A stretch of 64,000 bases of DNA from an uncultured Alphaproteobacteria bacterium. GTDB lineage: Bacteria > Pseudomonadota > Alphaproteobacteria > Rhodobacterales > Rhodobacteraceae. Below the pieces are notes generated by a model. That model saw nothing but the letters and a program-made list of their open reading frames with translations. It was not told where the DNA came from and made no database searches. A program made the translations under genes and the position numbers. Below are positions 10,324 to 22,839 of this stretch, piece by piece. The DNA lies in contig CAWAEL010000027.1 of NCBI GenBank assembly GCA_963781185.1, forward strand, positions 1-64,000, read 5' to 3'. Within the stretch, counting starts at the first letter, position 1. Every line of letters begins with the position of its first letter.

Positions 10324-11345
10324 GCATGGCCGAACCCACAGGTCTGACACGCAAACAGGGCTGGCGGCTGGTTGGCCTGCTGGCACTGGCCGTGCTGGCG
10401 TGGGCGATCTTCGGGATCTGGCCGGATTGGCTGAGCGCGATCCTGATTTCGAAAAAGGCCTTCGTGTCGGCGCTCTTGAACGGGGTCACCTTGGCGGGGC
10501 TGTATTTTCTGGTGGCCAGCGGCTTCACCCTGATCTTCGGCCTGATGCAGAACGTCAATCTGGCCCATGGCTCGCTGTACCTTCTCGGCGCCTATATCGG
10601 GTATGAGGTCGCCACCCGCACCGGCTATTGGCTGATCGGCGTGGCTGCTGGCTTTGTGATCGTCGGGCTAGTGGGTCTGGCCCTGCAAGTGCTGGTCTTT
10701 CGCAGGCTTGAGGGTGACGCCCTGCGCCAGACCCTTGTGTCCATTGGCATTTCCATCGTCGCGGCCGACCTGATGCTGGCCGTGTGGTCCGGTGGCACCT
10801 ATCAAATCCTGACGCCCGATTGGCTGGACGGCGCGATCACCCTGCCGGTGATATCGGCGGTCAAGTCGAACGGCGATCTGGTGTTCCTGAAATACCCGCT
10901 TTACCGGCTTGTCGTGCTGGGGGTGGCTGCGGTGATCGGCGTCGCCCTGTGGCTCGGCTTGAACCGCACCCGCATCGGCATGATGATCCGCGCCGGGGTC
11001 GATGACCGGGAGATGCTGTCGGCCTCTGGCGTCAACGTCCACCGGGTCTTTGCGCTGGTCTTTGCCGTCGGCGCAGGCCTTGCAGGCTTTGCTGGCGTGG
11101 TCGGCGGCTCGGCGCTCTCGGTCGCGCCGGGCGAGGATGTGCGCTACCTGCTGACCTCCCTCGTCGTGGTGATCGTCGGCGGCATGGGCTCCATCACCGG
11201 GGCCGCCATCGGCGCATTGCTGATCGGCGTCGCGGAGCAGTTGGGCCTCGTCTACTTTCCGACCTACGGCGTTGTCGTGACCTTCGTCATCATGGTTGTC
11301 ACGCTGGCCGTCCGGCCCAAAGGCATCATGGGGGGCCGCAGTTGA
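10320..11345 (+). CDS. livH: branched-chain amino acid-type ABC transporter permease (LivH-like)
   Basis: Polytopic LivH-like sequence. Its ATG overlaps the preceding stop (ATGA). Confidence 0.8.
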   Translation: MSMAEPTGLTRKQGWRLVGLLALAVLAWAIFGIWPDWLSAILISKKAFVSALLNGVTLAGLYFLVASGFTLIFGLMQNVNLAHGSLYLLGAYIGYEVATRTGYWLIGVAAGFVIVGLVGLALQVLVFRRLEGDALRQTLVSIGISIVAADLMLAVWSGGTYQILTPDWLDGAITLPVISAVKSNGDLVFLKYPLYRLVVLGVAAVIGVALWLGLNRTRIGMMIRAGVDDREMLSASGVNVHRVFALVFAVGAGLAGFAGVVGGSALSVAPGEDVRYLLTSLVVVIVGGMGSITGAAIGALLIGVAEQLGLVYFPTYGVVVTFVIMVVTLAVRPKGIMGGRS

Positions 11346-12319
11346 ACCAACTCAACCACCCCCGCCTATGCCCTGCTGGCCGCTGTTCTGCTGCTTTATC
11401 CCGCCGTGGCATCGGACTTCTTCCTGACGCAGATCGGGGGCTATTCGCTGATCTACGGCATGTTGGGGCTGAGCCTGATGCTGCTGGCGGGCTACGGCGG
11501 CATGTGTCAGCTGGCGCAGATCACGGTGGCGGGCATTGCGGGCTACATGGTCGCGATTTTCGGCGCCAACCAAACCGGCGGGCTTGGCTTTGGCTGGCCG
11601 TGGTGGGTCGTGGCCCCGCTGTCGATTGCTGTGGCGGCGATCGTCTCCGCGCTGATCGGCTGGATTTCGGTGCGGACCGAGGGCATCTACACCATCATGA
11701 TCACCCTCGCGATTGCCACCGCGACCTACTATTTCACCCAGCAGAACGTCGAAATCTTCAACGGCCATTCGGGCTTTTCCGGCATCAATGCCGCCGGTGT
11801 TCTGGGGCGTGAACTGGCGCGATCCGATGCCGTTTTACTACTGTGCCTCGGGTCTGGCCCTGCTGTCGTTTCTGGCGGTCCTTTACGGCTCACGCACCGA
11901 CCTTTGGCCTGACCCTGCAGGCCATCCGCGACAATCCGCGCCGGATGCGGGCGGTCGGCTATGACGTGACCGCGCACAAGGTGTTCGCCTGGCTCCTGTC
12001 GGGGATCATTGCCGGGGTCGCGGGCGTGCTGCTGACATGGTTCAACGGCCGCATCTCGCCCGGCACCATCGGGGTCGATGCCGCGATTGACGTGCTTATC
12101 ATCGCGGTGATCGGCGGGCTGAAACATCCGATTGGCCCGTTCATCGGCGCGTTGGTCGTGGTCTTGATGCAGACCTTCGCCATCGACATCGTCGGCGCGG
12201 ACCGTTTCAACACACTGATCGGATTGGTATTTCTGGTGATTGTCTTTGTGTCGCCAGATGGGCTGCTGGGCCTGTGGGGGAGGATAAAACCACATCTGGC
12301 GCAACAGCCACTACGCTAA
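11346..12319 (+). CDS. livM: ABC transporter permease (LivM-like); start unclear, at least 2 frame breaks around 11800-11900
   Basis: LivM-like TM segments spread over ORFs 11406..11912, 11713..11964 and 11843..12319. Confidence 0.65.
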
Positions 12320-12361
12320 GGCGCGCCCAAAAGGCGCAAATGAAAACCTAGGGAGGAAGAC

Positions 12362-13611
12362 ATGACGTTCCAACGAAGAACTCTGCTGGCCATGATGCTG
12401 ATCCACCGGCCTTTGCGCGCCGGGAATGGTTTTGGCCGATGACGGCACCATCAAGATCGGTGTGCTGGCGACCTTCGAAGGCGCCTTCACCGTGCTGGGC
12501 GAAGACGGTCTGCGCGGTGCGATGACCGCGGTGGACGAGATTGGCGGCATGGTCGCCGGCAAGAAGATTGAGATCGTGCGCGGCTCGTCCGACGCCTCGC
12601 CCGACAGCGCGGTGCGCGCCGCCCGCAAACTGGTTGAACAGGACGGCGTGACGGTTCTGGTCGGCCCGCTGTCCGGCGACGAGGGGATGGCGATCAAGGA
12701 CTACGCCAAGACCCAGCCCGGCGTGACCTTCATCAACGGCACCTCGGCCGCGCAAGACACCACCTTGCGCGACCCTGCGCCGAACTTCTTCCGCTTTTCG
12801 ACCGATGGCGCACAGTGGATGGCGGGTCTGGGCACCTATGCCTACAATGAAAAGGGCTATCGGTCGGTCGCAACCGTGGCGGAGGATTACTCCTTCCCCT
12901 ACACGCAGGTCTTTGGTTTCATGGCCGAATTCTGCAAGGCTGGCGGCAATGTGCCGTCGAAATCCTGGGTTCCGATCGGCAACAAGGACTATTCCTCGGT
13001 CATCGCGGCCATCCCGGATGATGTCGACGCCATCTATGTCGCCCTTGGCGGCGCCGATGCGGTCAACTTCCTGACCCAGTACCAGCAGGCAGGCGGCGCG
13101 GCACCCCTGATCGGCGGTTCGATCACCGTCGACCAGACGGTGCTGACCTCCAAGGGCAAGGCGCGCGACGTGCTGATCGGCACGCCCTCGGCTGGCCCGA
13201 TCGCCGACACCAATGACACGCCGGAATGGATGGCCTTCGTCGATGCCTACAAAAAACAGGACGACGCCTTCCCGTCGCCCTCGCTGTTCGCGCATGGCTA
13301 TTATGTGGACATGAAGGCAACGCTGATGGCCCTGGAGGCCGTGGGCGGCGACACCTCGGATGGCGGGCGAAAAGTTGCGCGCGGCGCTGTCGACGCTGAC
13401 CTTTGACACGCCGACCGGCAAGGTCTCGCTCGATGCCAATCGCAATGCGATTGCCGACATCTACCTGACCGAAGTGACCGAGGGCGCCGATGGCAATCTC
13501 GTGAACAAGCTGATCAAGGTCATGCCGCAGGTCAACCAGACGCTGGGCATCGATCCGGCGACGTTCCTGGCGCTGGGTGCCGTGGGCCGCGACAACCCGT
13601 GCTGCCCGTAA
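12362..13611 (+). CDS. ABC transporter periplasmic substrate-binding protein (Leu/Ile/Val-binding family); at least 2 frame breaks
   Basis: GGGAGG RBS. Signal peptide in one frame, then DGTIKIGVLATFEG... type-I periplasmic binding fold. The C-terminus is in a third frame (13360..13611). Confidence 0.7.
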
Positions 13612-13617
13612 TACAAG

Positions 13618-14412
13618 ATGATGCAAGCGCCCCTGACCACCGCCGCCGACCGTCTGCACGGGACCGGCGCGCACGCGCTGGACCTGACGGTGTCTCGCGG
13701 CATTTCGGGGCGCTTGTGGCCCTTTCCGACATCAACATGAGGATCGCGGCCGGTGAACGGCGCGCGGTCCTCGGCTCCAACGGGGCCGGCAAGACCACCC
13801 TTTTCAACGCGATCACCGGCGACTTCCCGGTGACCACCGGCCGCATCCAGTTCTTTGGTGAGGACATCACCGACCTGCCGCCGCATGAGCGCATCCGCCG
13901 CGGCCTGCGCCGCACCTATCAGATTTCCCAGCTTTTCGGCGGCCTGAGCGTGCTCGACAATGTCTATCTGGCCTGTCGTGGCGTGTCGCGCCGACGGTTT
14001 TCGCTGCTGCGACCCGCGCCTGATGACGTGAACATGGCGCAGGCCGACAGCATTCTGCACGCCGTCGCATCTGGACGCAGACCGCGACCGTCTGGTGGGC
14101 ACCCTCAGCCACGGCCAGCAGCGCCAGCTTGAAATCGCCATGGCCCTCGCCGGTGCCCCGCGTTTCATTCTGTTCGACGAACCCGCCGCAGGCCTGTCGC
14201 CGACCGAGCGGCGGGATCTGGTCGCCATTCTCAATGCGCTGCCCAAGCACATCGGCTATATCATCATCGAGCATGATCTCGACGTGGCCCTGCGGGTGTC
14301 CGAATATGTCTCGATGATGCACAACGGCCGCGTCTTCAAAGAGGGCACCCCGGCTGAGATCGAGGCCGACCCGCAGGTGCAGGAGATCTACCTCGGGGGC
14401 AAGCATGGCTGA
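13618..14412 (+). CDS. livG: ABC transporter ATP-binding protein (LivG-like); frame breaks
   Basis: Walker [10 protein letters not shown], signature [15 protein letters not shown], Walker [12 protein letters not shown]; spread over 3 frames. Confidence 0.75.
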
Positions 14413-15161
14413 CAAATCCAAACGCCCCATGCTGCAAGTCGACGACCTGCAGGTCTATTATGGCGAAAGCCATGCGTTGCAGGGCGTGTCCCTGACGCTG
14501 TCCGTCGGCGTCCTGTCGGTGGTCGGTCGCAACGGCATGGGCAAGATCGACGCTCTGCAACACGATCATCGGGCTGAAGAAGGCGCGCGCAGCGGTCAAT
14601 CCGGCGTGGACGGGCGCGAAATCTGCCGGGCTCGAGCCGCACGAGATCCACCGCCTCGGCGTCGCCTATGTGCCGCAAGGCCGCCGCGTCTGGCCCAGCC
14701 TGACGGTCGACGAACACCTGCGCCTGACGGCCGGACACGCGCGCGATGCCGCTGGACGGTCGAGCGGGTCTACGCCGCCTTCCCCCGTCTGGCCGAACGC
14801 CGCGGCAATGGCGGCTCGCAACTGTCGGGCGGCGAACAACAGATGCTGGCCATCTCGCGCGCACTGCTGTGCGACCCCAAACTGCTGATCATGGACGAGC
14901 CGACCGAAGGGCTTGGCCCCGGTCATCGTGGAGCAGGTCGAACGCATGCTGGAGACCCTTGGCGCCGAGGGCGAGATGTCGATTCTGGTCATCGAGCAGA
15001 ACATCGGCGTGGCAACGGCGATTTCCGACCGGGTGGCGATCATGGTCAATGGCCGCGTCAACCGTATCATGGACGCCCAAACCCTCGCCGCCGACCGCGA
15101 CCTGCAACAGCGCCTGCTCGGCGTCGGTCGCCATTCCGAGGATGAGGCCCCGCCGAGGTGA
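14405..15161 (+). CDS. livF: ABC transporter ATP-binding protein (LivF-like); at least 3 frame breaks
   Basis: Walker A GRNGMGK, signature [16 protein letters not shown], Walker [13 protein letters not shown]-terminal VIEQNIGVA...; pieces lie in three frames. Confidence 0.7.
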
Positions 15162-15215
15162 TCGCCCAAGCCACCGCCGACATGGCAGAGGTCTACCGCG
15201 TCGACCGGGGCGAGG

Positions 15216-16568
15216 GTGCTGCCTACCTGCCCCGTCACCTCGCTGCCCAACCGCTGGAGCCTGCCCGTCGCCGAACTGCGCCAACCCGCCAAACCCAAGG
15301 AGCCCGCCAAACAGGTCTTTGCCATCCCCTTCGCCGAGCGGATCGGCAAAACCGTGCTGGTCGCGGGCACCTTTGACACCAAGGGCCGCGAGCTGCATTT
15401 CATGGTCGACCGCCTGAAAGCCTTGGGTATTCCGGTGAAAACCGTCGACCTGTCCACCTCCGGCAAGCCGACCCGCACCGACATCCCCGCCCTTCAGGTC
15501 GCCTCAGCCCTGCCGGGTCAGGTGATGACCGGCGACCGTGGCGGCTCGGTTACCGCCATGGCCGCGGCCTTCGCCAAGTGGATTTCGCAGGAACGCGGCA
15601 TCGGCGGCGTCCTCTCCGCAGGCGGATCGGGCGGCACCTCTATCGCCACCGCAGGCATGCGCGCGCTGCCGGTCGGCATCCCGAAAATCATGGTCTCAAC
15701 CGTCGCGTCCAGCGATGTGTCGGCCTATGTCGGCGGCTGCCGATATCCTGATGCTCCACTCCGTCGCCGATGTGCAGGGGCTGAACGCCATCACCGAGCT
15801 GGTGCTGGGCAATGCCGCCCATGCCATGGCCGGCATGGTCGCGCAACTGCCGACAGGTGAGCAGATGGCCGCCAAACGCGCCCTCGCCCGCCCCGCCGTT
15901 GGCCTGACCATGTTCGGCGTCACCACGCCTGCCGTGCAGGCTGATCCAGAAGGAGATCGAGGCCGACTACGACTGCCTCGTCTTCCACGCCACCGGCACC
16001 GGCGGCCGGTCGATGGAGGGGCTGGCGGACTTCGGTCTGCTGACAGCGATGATCGACCTGACCACGACCGAGGTGGCCGACATGCTGGTCGGCGGCGTTT
16101 TCGCCGCCACCGCAGACCGCTTTGGCGCCGCCATCCGCACCGGCCTGCCCTATGTCGGCTCGGTCGGCGCGCTCGACATGGTGAATTTCGGCGCCCGCGA
16201 CACGGTGCCCGACAAATTCCGCAGCGCGGAAATTCGTCGTCCACAACCCCAACGTCACCCTGATGCGCACGACGGTTGAGGAAAACCGCGCCATCGGCCA
16301 GTGGATTGCCGAACGGCTGAACCAGATGAACGGCCCGGTCCGCTTTCTGCTGCCGATGGGCGGGGTTTCGGCGCTGGATGCCCCCGGCCAACCCTTCCAC
16401 GACCCCGACGCCGACGCCGCCCTTTTCACGGCAATCGAGGCCACCTTCCGCCCCACCCCGCAGCGCCAACTCCAACGCGTGCCGGGCAATATCAACGACG
16501 CCAGCTTTACCCAGGCCGTCGTCGCCGCATTCCGTGCAATAACCCCACAATTGAAAAGGAGGGCCTGA
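15216..16568 (+). CDS. UPF0261 family protein (Tm-1-like N-terminal module); several frame breaks
   Basis: [16 protein letters not shown]... and later segments in ORFs 15216, 15538, 16013 and 16263. It ends with an AAAGGAGGG RBS for the next gene. Confidence 0.6.
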
Positions 16569-17397
16569 TGCGCCACACCCGCGCCGCCCTGATGGCGAAA
16601 TTTCAGGACATGAAGGCCAAACGCATCCCCATCGTCGGCGGCGGCGCAGGCACCGGACTGTCGGCCAAATGCGAAGAGGCGGGCGGGATTGACCTGATCG
16701 TCATCTACAATTCGGGCCGCTACCGCATGGCCGGACGCGGCTCGCTCGCCGGGCTGATGGCCTATGGCAATGCCAATGACATCGTCATGGACATGGCGCA
16801 AGAGGTGCTGCCCGTCGTCACCCACACCCCGGTTCTGGCGGGCGTCAACGGCACCGATCCGTTCTGCATGTTCGACCACTTTCTCGACGAGCTCACGGCC
16901 AAAGGCTTTGCCGGCGTGCAGAATTTCCCGACCGTCGGCCTGATCGACGGCATCTTCCGCAAGAACCTCGAAGAAACCGGCATGTCCTACGCGCTGGAGG
17001 TCGACATGATCGCCCTGGCCCACAAGAAGGACCTGCTGACCACGCCCTATGTGTTCTGTGAGGCCGACGCGCAGGCCATGGCCCGCGCCGGGGCCGACAT
17101 CATCGTCTGCCATCTCGGCCTGACCACCGGCGGCACCATCGGCGCAGATACCGCGCTGAAACTGTCCGATTGTCCCCATTGGTGGACAGTTGGGCCGCTG
17201 CCGCCCTCGAAGTCAACCCCGATGTCATCATTCTGGTCCACGGCGGCCCGGTTGCCGAACCCGCTGACGCCGAATATATCCTGAAAAACACCCAGCACTG
17301 TCACGGCTTTTACGGCGCCTCCTCGATGGAACGCCTGCCGACCGAACGCGCGCTGACAGAGCAGACCCGCAAATTCAAAGCCGTCGCTTTCGGCTGA
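16568..17397 (+). CDS. phosphoenolpyruvate hydrolase-like TIM-barrel protein (Tm-1-like C-terminal module partner); one frame break near 17170
   Basis: [34 protein letters not shown]... This family is typically found as the partner of UPF0261 proteins. Confidence 0.6.
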
Positions 17398-17412
17398 CCC
17401 AAGGAGACGACC

Positions 17413-19517
17413 ATGGCCGCACAAACCTTCGGCACATTCATCCTGTGGCTGATCATCGCCGCGATTGTCGTCGCGGTTCTGGTCTATATCCTGCGTTGGC
17501 TTTACCGCCGATCGACCAAGGAAACCGCCTTTGTCCGCACCGGATTTCTTGGGCGAAAAGGTGGTGGTCAACGGCGGCGCTTTCGTCATCCCGGTGCTGC
17601 ACGAGATCACGCCGGTCAACATGAACGTGCTCCGGATCGAGGTCCGGCGAGAGGATGCGCAGGCCCTGATCACCAAGAACCGGATGCGGGTGGACATGGT
17701 CGCCGAATTCTTCGTCCGGGTCGGCAGCAGCAAGGCGCTGGTCGCCGCCGCCGCCCAGACCCTCGGCCGCCGCACCCTGCAACCGGACGGCCTGCGCGAC
17801 CTGCTGGAGGGTAAGTTCACCTCAGCCCTGCGCACCGTCGCCGCGCAAATGACGCTGGAGGATATGCACGAACAACGCTCCAGCTACGGCGACCGGGTGC
17901 GCGACATCGCCAAGGAATCCTTGGCGGCCAATGGCTTGGAACTCGAATCTGTGGCGATTGTCGACCTCGACCAGACCCATCTGGAATTCTTCGACCCCGC
18001 CAACGCCTTTGACGCCGAGGGCCTGACCGCTCTGACCCAAAGCATCGAAACCCGCCGCAAGATGCGCAACGAAATCGAACAACAAACGCTGGTCGACATC
18101 CGCAACCAGAACCTCGCCACCCAACGCCGCGTCCTCGAAATCGACCGCGACGGCGAATATGCCCGGCTGGAACAGGAACGTGAGGTCGAGATCCGCCGCG
18201 CCAGCCAACGCGCCGACCTGACCCGCGAACGCGCCATCCGCGACCAAGAGGCCGAACAGGCGCAACTCGCCTCGCGTGAGGCGGTTGAGATGAGCAAGAT
18301 GGCGCAAGCGATGACCCTGACCGAGGAACGCATCCGCACCGAACGCGAGACCCAATCGCTCGAAATCGCCCGCCGCCGTGCGCTGGATGAAATCGAAATG
18401 AAGACCCGCGAGCAGACCGAGCGCGAACAGATCGCCCTCGAACTCGCCCTGCAATCGGCCCGCATCCAGCGCGAACAGGCCCAGCAGTCGCTGGAGATTG
18501 AATCGAAAAAGGCGCTGGAAATCGTCAACCTCGAACGCCAGATCGCCCTTGCCGAAAAGGCGCTGGAGGTCACCAAGGCTGAGGCGCAAAAGCGGCGCGG
18601 CGAAATTGTTTCCCAAATGGAAACCGAAGCCGAAAACGTCGCCCAGCAACGCGCCCTTGATGAGGTGCGGATTTCCCGCGAACGCAACCTCGCCGCCCTC
18701 GAAATCGCCAAACGTCAGGCCTTTGAAGAGGCCGAGATTGAGGCCGGTGAAGAGGTCGCAGCGCGCCCGCATCGTCTCCGAACGCGGGCTGGAAGAGGCC
18801 AAGCTGGTCACCGCCAGCGAACTGCGCCAAATCAACATCGAACGCGCCGGACGGACCGAAATCGCCGAAATCCAGAAGGCGATTGACGTGGCGCACAAGG
18901 CCGTCGAACGTTCGACCGCGCAAACCGCCGCCGAAGAGGCCCGCGCCAAGGCCGTCGCGGCTGAGGAACAAAGCTTCACCGCCCGCGAACGCGAAATCGC
19001 CGAACGTCGCAAGCTGGTCGACCTGATCAACGCTGGTCGCATGGCCGAGGCTGAACTGATCGCCGCCAAGGCCGATGCCGAAATGGCCGCCGTCAAAACC
19101 GGTCTGGCGCAGGCCCGCTACACCGTCGATGCCGAAGGCGCCCGTCAGGCCAACGAGGCCGAAAACGTCCTGTCCGAAGACGCCCGCGCCGGTCGTCTGC
19201 GCGGCAAACTGCTGGAACGTCTCGAAGGCATCGTGCGCGAAAGCGTCAAGCCGATGGAGAAGATCGAGGCCATCAAGATCCTCCATGTCGAAGGCATGGG
19301 CACCGGCAACGGCGGCTCTGGCAAGAACGTCACGGATGAGGTGATCGACTCTGCCCTGCGCTACCGCGTGCAGGCCCCGATGATCGACAGCCTGATGAAG
19401 GAAATCGGCATCGAAGGCGGGTCGCTCGGCCGGATGACCGACGTGCTGCGCGACGCCAAGGACATCGCCAGCCTGTCCAAAGGCAAAGCCCCCAAAGACG
19501 ACGACAGGGACCGCTAG
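17413..19517 (+). CDS. flotillin / band-7 (SPFH) family protein with long coiled-coil (YqiK-like); frame breaks near 17560 and 18760
   Basis: N-terminal TM helix, an SPFH core, about 300 aa of E/R/A/Q-rich coiled coil, and a flotillin-like C-terminus. Confidence 0.7.
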
Positions 19518-19518
19518 A

Positions 19519-19953
19519 ATGCCGCATGTCTACGTCTCAACCGTGATCCAAGCCCCCGCCGCCGATGTGTGGCGGGTGGTCCGCGACTTTAACGCCCTGC
19601 CCGACTGGACGCCCTTTGTCGCCGACAGCCGCATCGAAAGCGGCATGGCCTCCGATCAGATCGGCTGCATCCGCAACTTTCACCTGAAGGATGGCGGGTT
19701 GATCCGCGAGAAACTGCTCTCCCTCTCCGACTATGACCTGTCCTGCACCTATGCCATTCTGGAAAGCCCGATGGGCGTCACCGATTACATCGCCACCCTG
19801 TCGCTGACCCCGGTCACCGAGACCAACGCCACCTTTGCCGAATGGACCGCCGATTTCCAATGCGCCCCGGATCGTGAGGCCGCCTTGGTCGCCCAGATCG
19901 GCCAAGGCGTGTTCCAGACCGCCTTCACCGCGTTGAAACACCGCTTCAGATGA
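19519..19953 (+). CDS. SRPBCC (START/Bet v1-like, polyketide-cyclase-type) ligand-binding protein
   Basis: 144 aa with a VWRVVRDFNALPDW motif. Its start is 2 nt after the flotillin stop. Confidence 0.65.
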   Translation: MPHVYVSTVIQAPAADVWRVVRDFNALPDWTPFVADSRIESGMASDQIGCIRNFHLKDGGLIREKLLSLSDYDLSCTYAILESPMGVTDYIATLSLTPVTETNATFAEWTADFQCAPDREAALVAQIGQGVFQTAFTALKHRFR

Positions 19954-21406
19954 CCCGCGTCTATGCCAGCACCGTGCTGGATGCCCCCATCGAACAAGTC
20001 TGGCACATGTTGCGCGATTTCAACGGCCACGACCGCTGGCACCCCGCCATCGCCACCAGCCAGATCGAACAGGGCGCGGGCGACGCCATGGGGCGGTCCG
20101 CCGTTTCCGACTGCAAGACGGCTCGGAACTGCGCGAACAACTGCTGTCGCTCTCCGACCAGACCCACGAGTTCCGCTACTGCCTGCTGTCCTCACCCCTG
20201 CCCCTGATGGGCTATGTCGCCCGCGTCCGCCTGCGCCCGGTCACGGACGGCGCGCAGACCTTTTGGGAATGGTCCTCCACCTTCACCCCACCGCCCTACC
20301 GCGAACAGGAGTTGGTCGCGCTGGTCCGCGACGGCATCTACCGCGCCGGGTTCGACGCCATCCGCCAAACCCTGCGCGGCGGCCCACCGCCCAAGACCAA
20401 ACCCACCCCGCAGCCCCCCCAAAGCGGCCCCACCACCCAAGCCATCCTCGTCGACGCATACGGCGGCCCCGAAGTCATGCGCCTGGCCACAATCCCCCTA
20501 CCCGCCCCCGGCCCCGGTCAGGTTCAGATCCGCCACACCGCCATCGGGGTGAATTTCATCGACGTCTACTGCCGCTCTGGCCTGTTCACCCTGCTGACCC
20601 CGCCCGGCACCCCGGGGATGGAGGCGGCGGGCGTCATCGAGGCCGTCGGCCCCGGCGTCACCGGCTATTCCAAGGGCGACCGCGTGGCCTATGCCTGCCC
20701 GCCCGTCGGCGCCTATGCCGAACATCGCAACATGTCGCCCGACCTCATGGTCCACCTCGGCGATGACATCACCGACCTGACCGCCGCCTCATCGCTGCTG
20801 AAGGGCGTCAGCGCCTCTTTCCTGCTGCACGACATCGCCCGCGCACGGCCCGGCATGTCGGTGCTGATCCATGCCGCCGCCGGAGGGATCGGCCAGATCC
20901 TCGTGCAATGGGCCAAGGCGATCGGTTGCGAAGTCTTCGCCACCAGTTCCACTCCCGACAAACTGCGCCTGATCAAATCGCTCGGCGCGGATCATGTGAT
21001 CGACTACACAAGGCAGGATTTCCCCAGCGTGATCAAGGATCTGACCGGCGGGCGCGGTGTCGATGTGGTGTTTGATTCAGCCGGCAAAACCACCTTCGCA
21101 GGGTCGCTGGAGGCCCTCGCCCTGCGCGGCCACCTCATCAGCTTTGGTCAGGCGTCAGGCCCCGTCGGGTCCTATGAAATCGACCGCTTTGCCGCCAAAT
21201 CCCTGACCATCTCACGCCCGAACTACGCCCATTACACCAGCACGCCCGACCTGCTCGCCCCCCACGTCACCCGTTTCTTCGCGGCGCTCAGGTCTGGCAC
21301 CATCCGCCTGCAACCGCCCACCACCTATCCGCTGGCAGAGGCGGCGCAAGCCCACCGCGATCTGGAAAGCCGCGCCACCACCGGGGCGCTGGTGCTGCTG
21401 CCTTAG
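19950..21406 (+). CDS. fusion of a second SRPBCC domain with a zinc-ADH/MDR-family quinone oxidoreductase; one frame break near 20095
   Basis: The N-terminal ~140 aa are paralogous to the previous gene. An 18-aa Pro-rich linker follows. The QOR domain has a GxGxxG Rossmann motif (HAAAGGIGQ). There is no stop or start between the two domains. Confidence 0.6.
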
Positions 21407-22836
21407 CCCTTGCGCGTCACAAACCGGGTCTCCAGATAGGCCTCAATCGCCTCTGACCCGCCTTCCGTTCCGTGGCCAGACTCCTTGATGCCGCCAAACG
21501 GCACCTCTGGCAGGGCGAGCCCCAGATGGTTGACCGACAGCATCCCGACCTCCACCTCATTGCCCCAGCGCGTCGCCGTGGCCCCGCTGGCGGTGAACGC
21601 ATAGCCCGCCAGCCCGAACGGCAGTCGGTTGGCCTCAGCAATCATCGCGTCCACGTTGGGATAGCGGTTGATGACGGCGACCGGGCCAAACGGCTCCTCA
21701 TTCATGATCCGCGCCGTCACCGGCACATCGGCCAGCACGGTCGGCTCATAAAACCAGCCCTCATTGCCCATCCTGCGCCCGCCCGTCATCAGCCGCGCGC
21801 CCTGCGCCACGGCGTCCTGAACCAAGGCCTCCAGCGCCGGGATGCGGCGGTCATTGGCGAGCGGCCCCATCTGGCTGGCCGGGTCCATCCCGTTGCCGAC
21901 GACCAAGGCCTTGGCCGCCGCCGTGAAGCCGTCGACAAACCTGTCCGCCGCCGCCTCTTCGACCAGAAACCGCGTCGGCGCGATGCAGATCTGCCCGGCG
22001 TTGCGGAACTTGGCCCCCGCCATCAGACTGACCGCCAGATCCACATCGGCATCCGCCGCGACCAAGACCGGCGCATGACCGCCCAACTCCATCGTCGCCC
22101 GTTTCATATGCAACCCGGCCAAAGCGGCCAACTGCTTGCCGACCGGGGTTGACCCGGTAAAGCTGATCTTGCGGATCACCGGATGCGGGATCAGATAGGC
22201 GGAAATCTCGGCGGGCACGCCATACACCAACCCGATCACCCCCGCAGGCACCCCCGCATCGACAAACGCCCGGATCAGCGCGGCGGGTGAGGCTGGCGTC
22301 TCTTCCGGCCCCTTCACGATGATCGAACAGCCCGCAGCCAGTGCCGCCGACAGTTTGCGCACCACCTGATTGATCGGGAAGTTCCACGGCGTGAACGCGG
22401 CCACCGGCCCCACCGGCAGCTTGATCGTCATGGTCAAAACGTCCGGCGCGCGCGAGGGGATGATCTGCCCATAGGTCCGCGGCCCCTCTCCGGCGAACCA
22501 GTCGATGATATCGGCCCCCGACAGCGTCTCAATCCGCGACTGGACCAGCGGTTTGCCATTCTCGGCGGTCATCATCGCCGCCACATCCTCAGCCCGTTCG
22601 CGCAGCAACTCCGCCGCCCGCCGCATCACCTTGGCCCGGTCATAGGCCGAGGTTTTGCGCCACACCTCAAACCCCCGCACCGCCGCATCCAGCGCCGCAT
22701 CCAGATCCGCCACGCCCGCCGAGGCGACCGTGCCAATCTGCAACCCGGTCGCGGGGTTCAACACCGGAATGGTCGCGCCACTCACCGCCCCACGCCAGAT
22801 GCCGTCGATCAGCAGTTGAGTATCAGGATAGGTCAT
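21403..22836 (-). CDS. NAD(P)-dependent aldehyde dehydrogenase (succinate-semialdehyde DH-like)
   Basis: 477 aa, intact, with ALDH catalytic motifs ([15 protein letters not shown]). GAGGAG RBS. Confidence 0.85.
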   Translation of the reverse strand: MTYPDTQLLIDGIWRGAVSGATIPVLNPATGLQIGTVASAGVADLDAALDAAVRGFEVWRKTSAYDRAKVMRRAAELLRERAEDVAAMMTAENGKPLVQSRIETLSGADIIDWFAGEGPRTYGQIIPSRAPDVLTMTIKLPVGPVAAFTPWNFPINQVVRKLSAALAAGCSIIVKGPEETPASPAALIRAFVDAGVPAGVIGLVYGVPAEISAYLIPHPVIRKISFTGSTPVGKQLAALAGLHMKRATMELGGHAPVLVAADADVDLAVSLMAGAKFRNAGQICIAPTRFLVEEAAADRFVDGFTAAAKALVVGNGMDPASQMGPLANDRRIPALEALVQDAVAQGARLMTGGRRMGNEGWFYEPTVLADVPVTARIMNEEPFGPVAVINRYPNVDAMIAEANRLPFGLAGYAFTASGATATRWGNEVEVGMLSVNHLGLALPEVPFGGIKESGHGTEGGSEAIEAYLETRFVTRKG

Positions 22837-22839
22837 CGG

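Noticed and set aside
11346-19517. Interpreting the dense frameshifts in the Liv/Tm-1/flotillin stretch as a decaying pseudogene operon
   Set aside because: The same kind of break occurs in essential genes elsewhere (gatB, purC, purS, glcB, xylA) with perfectly conserved fragments. Error is more parsimonious than decay. It remains flagged as uncertain.
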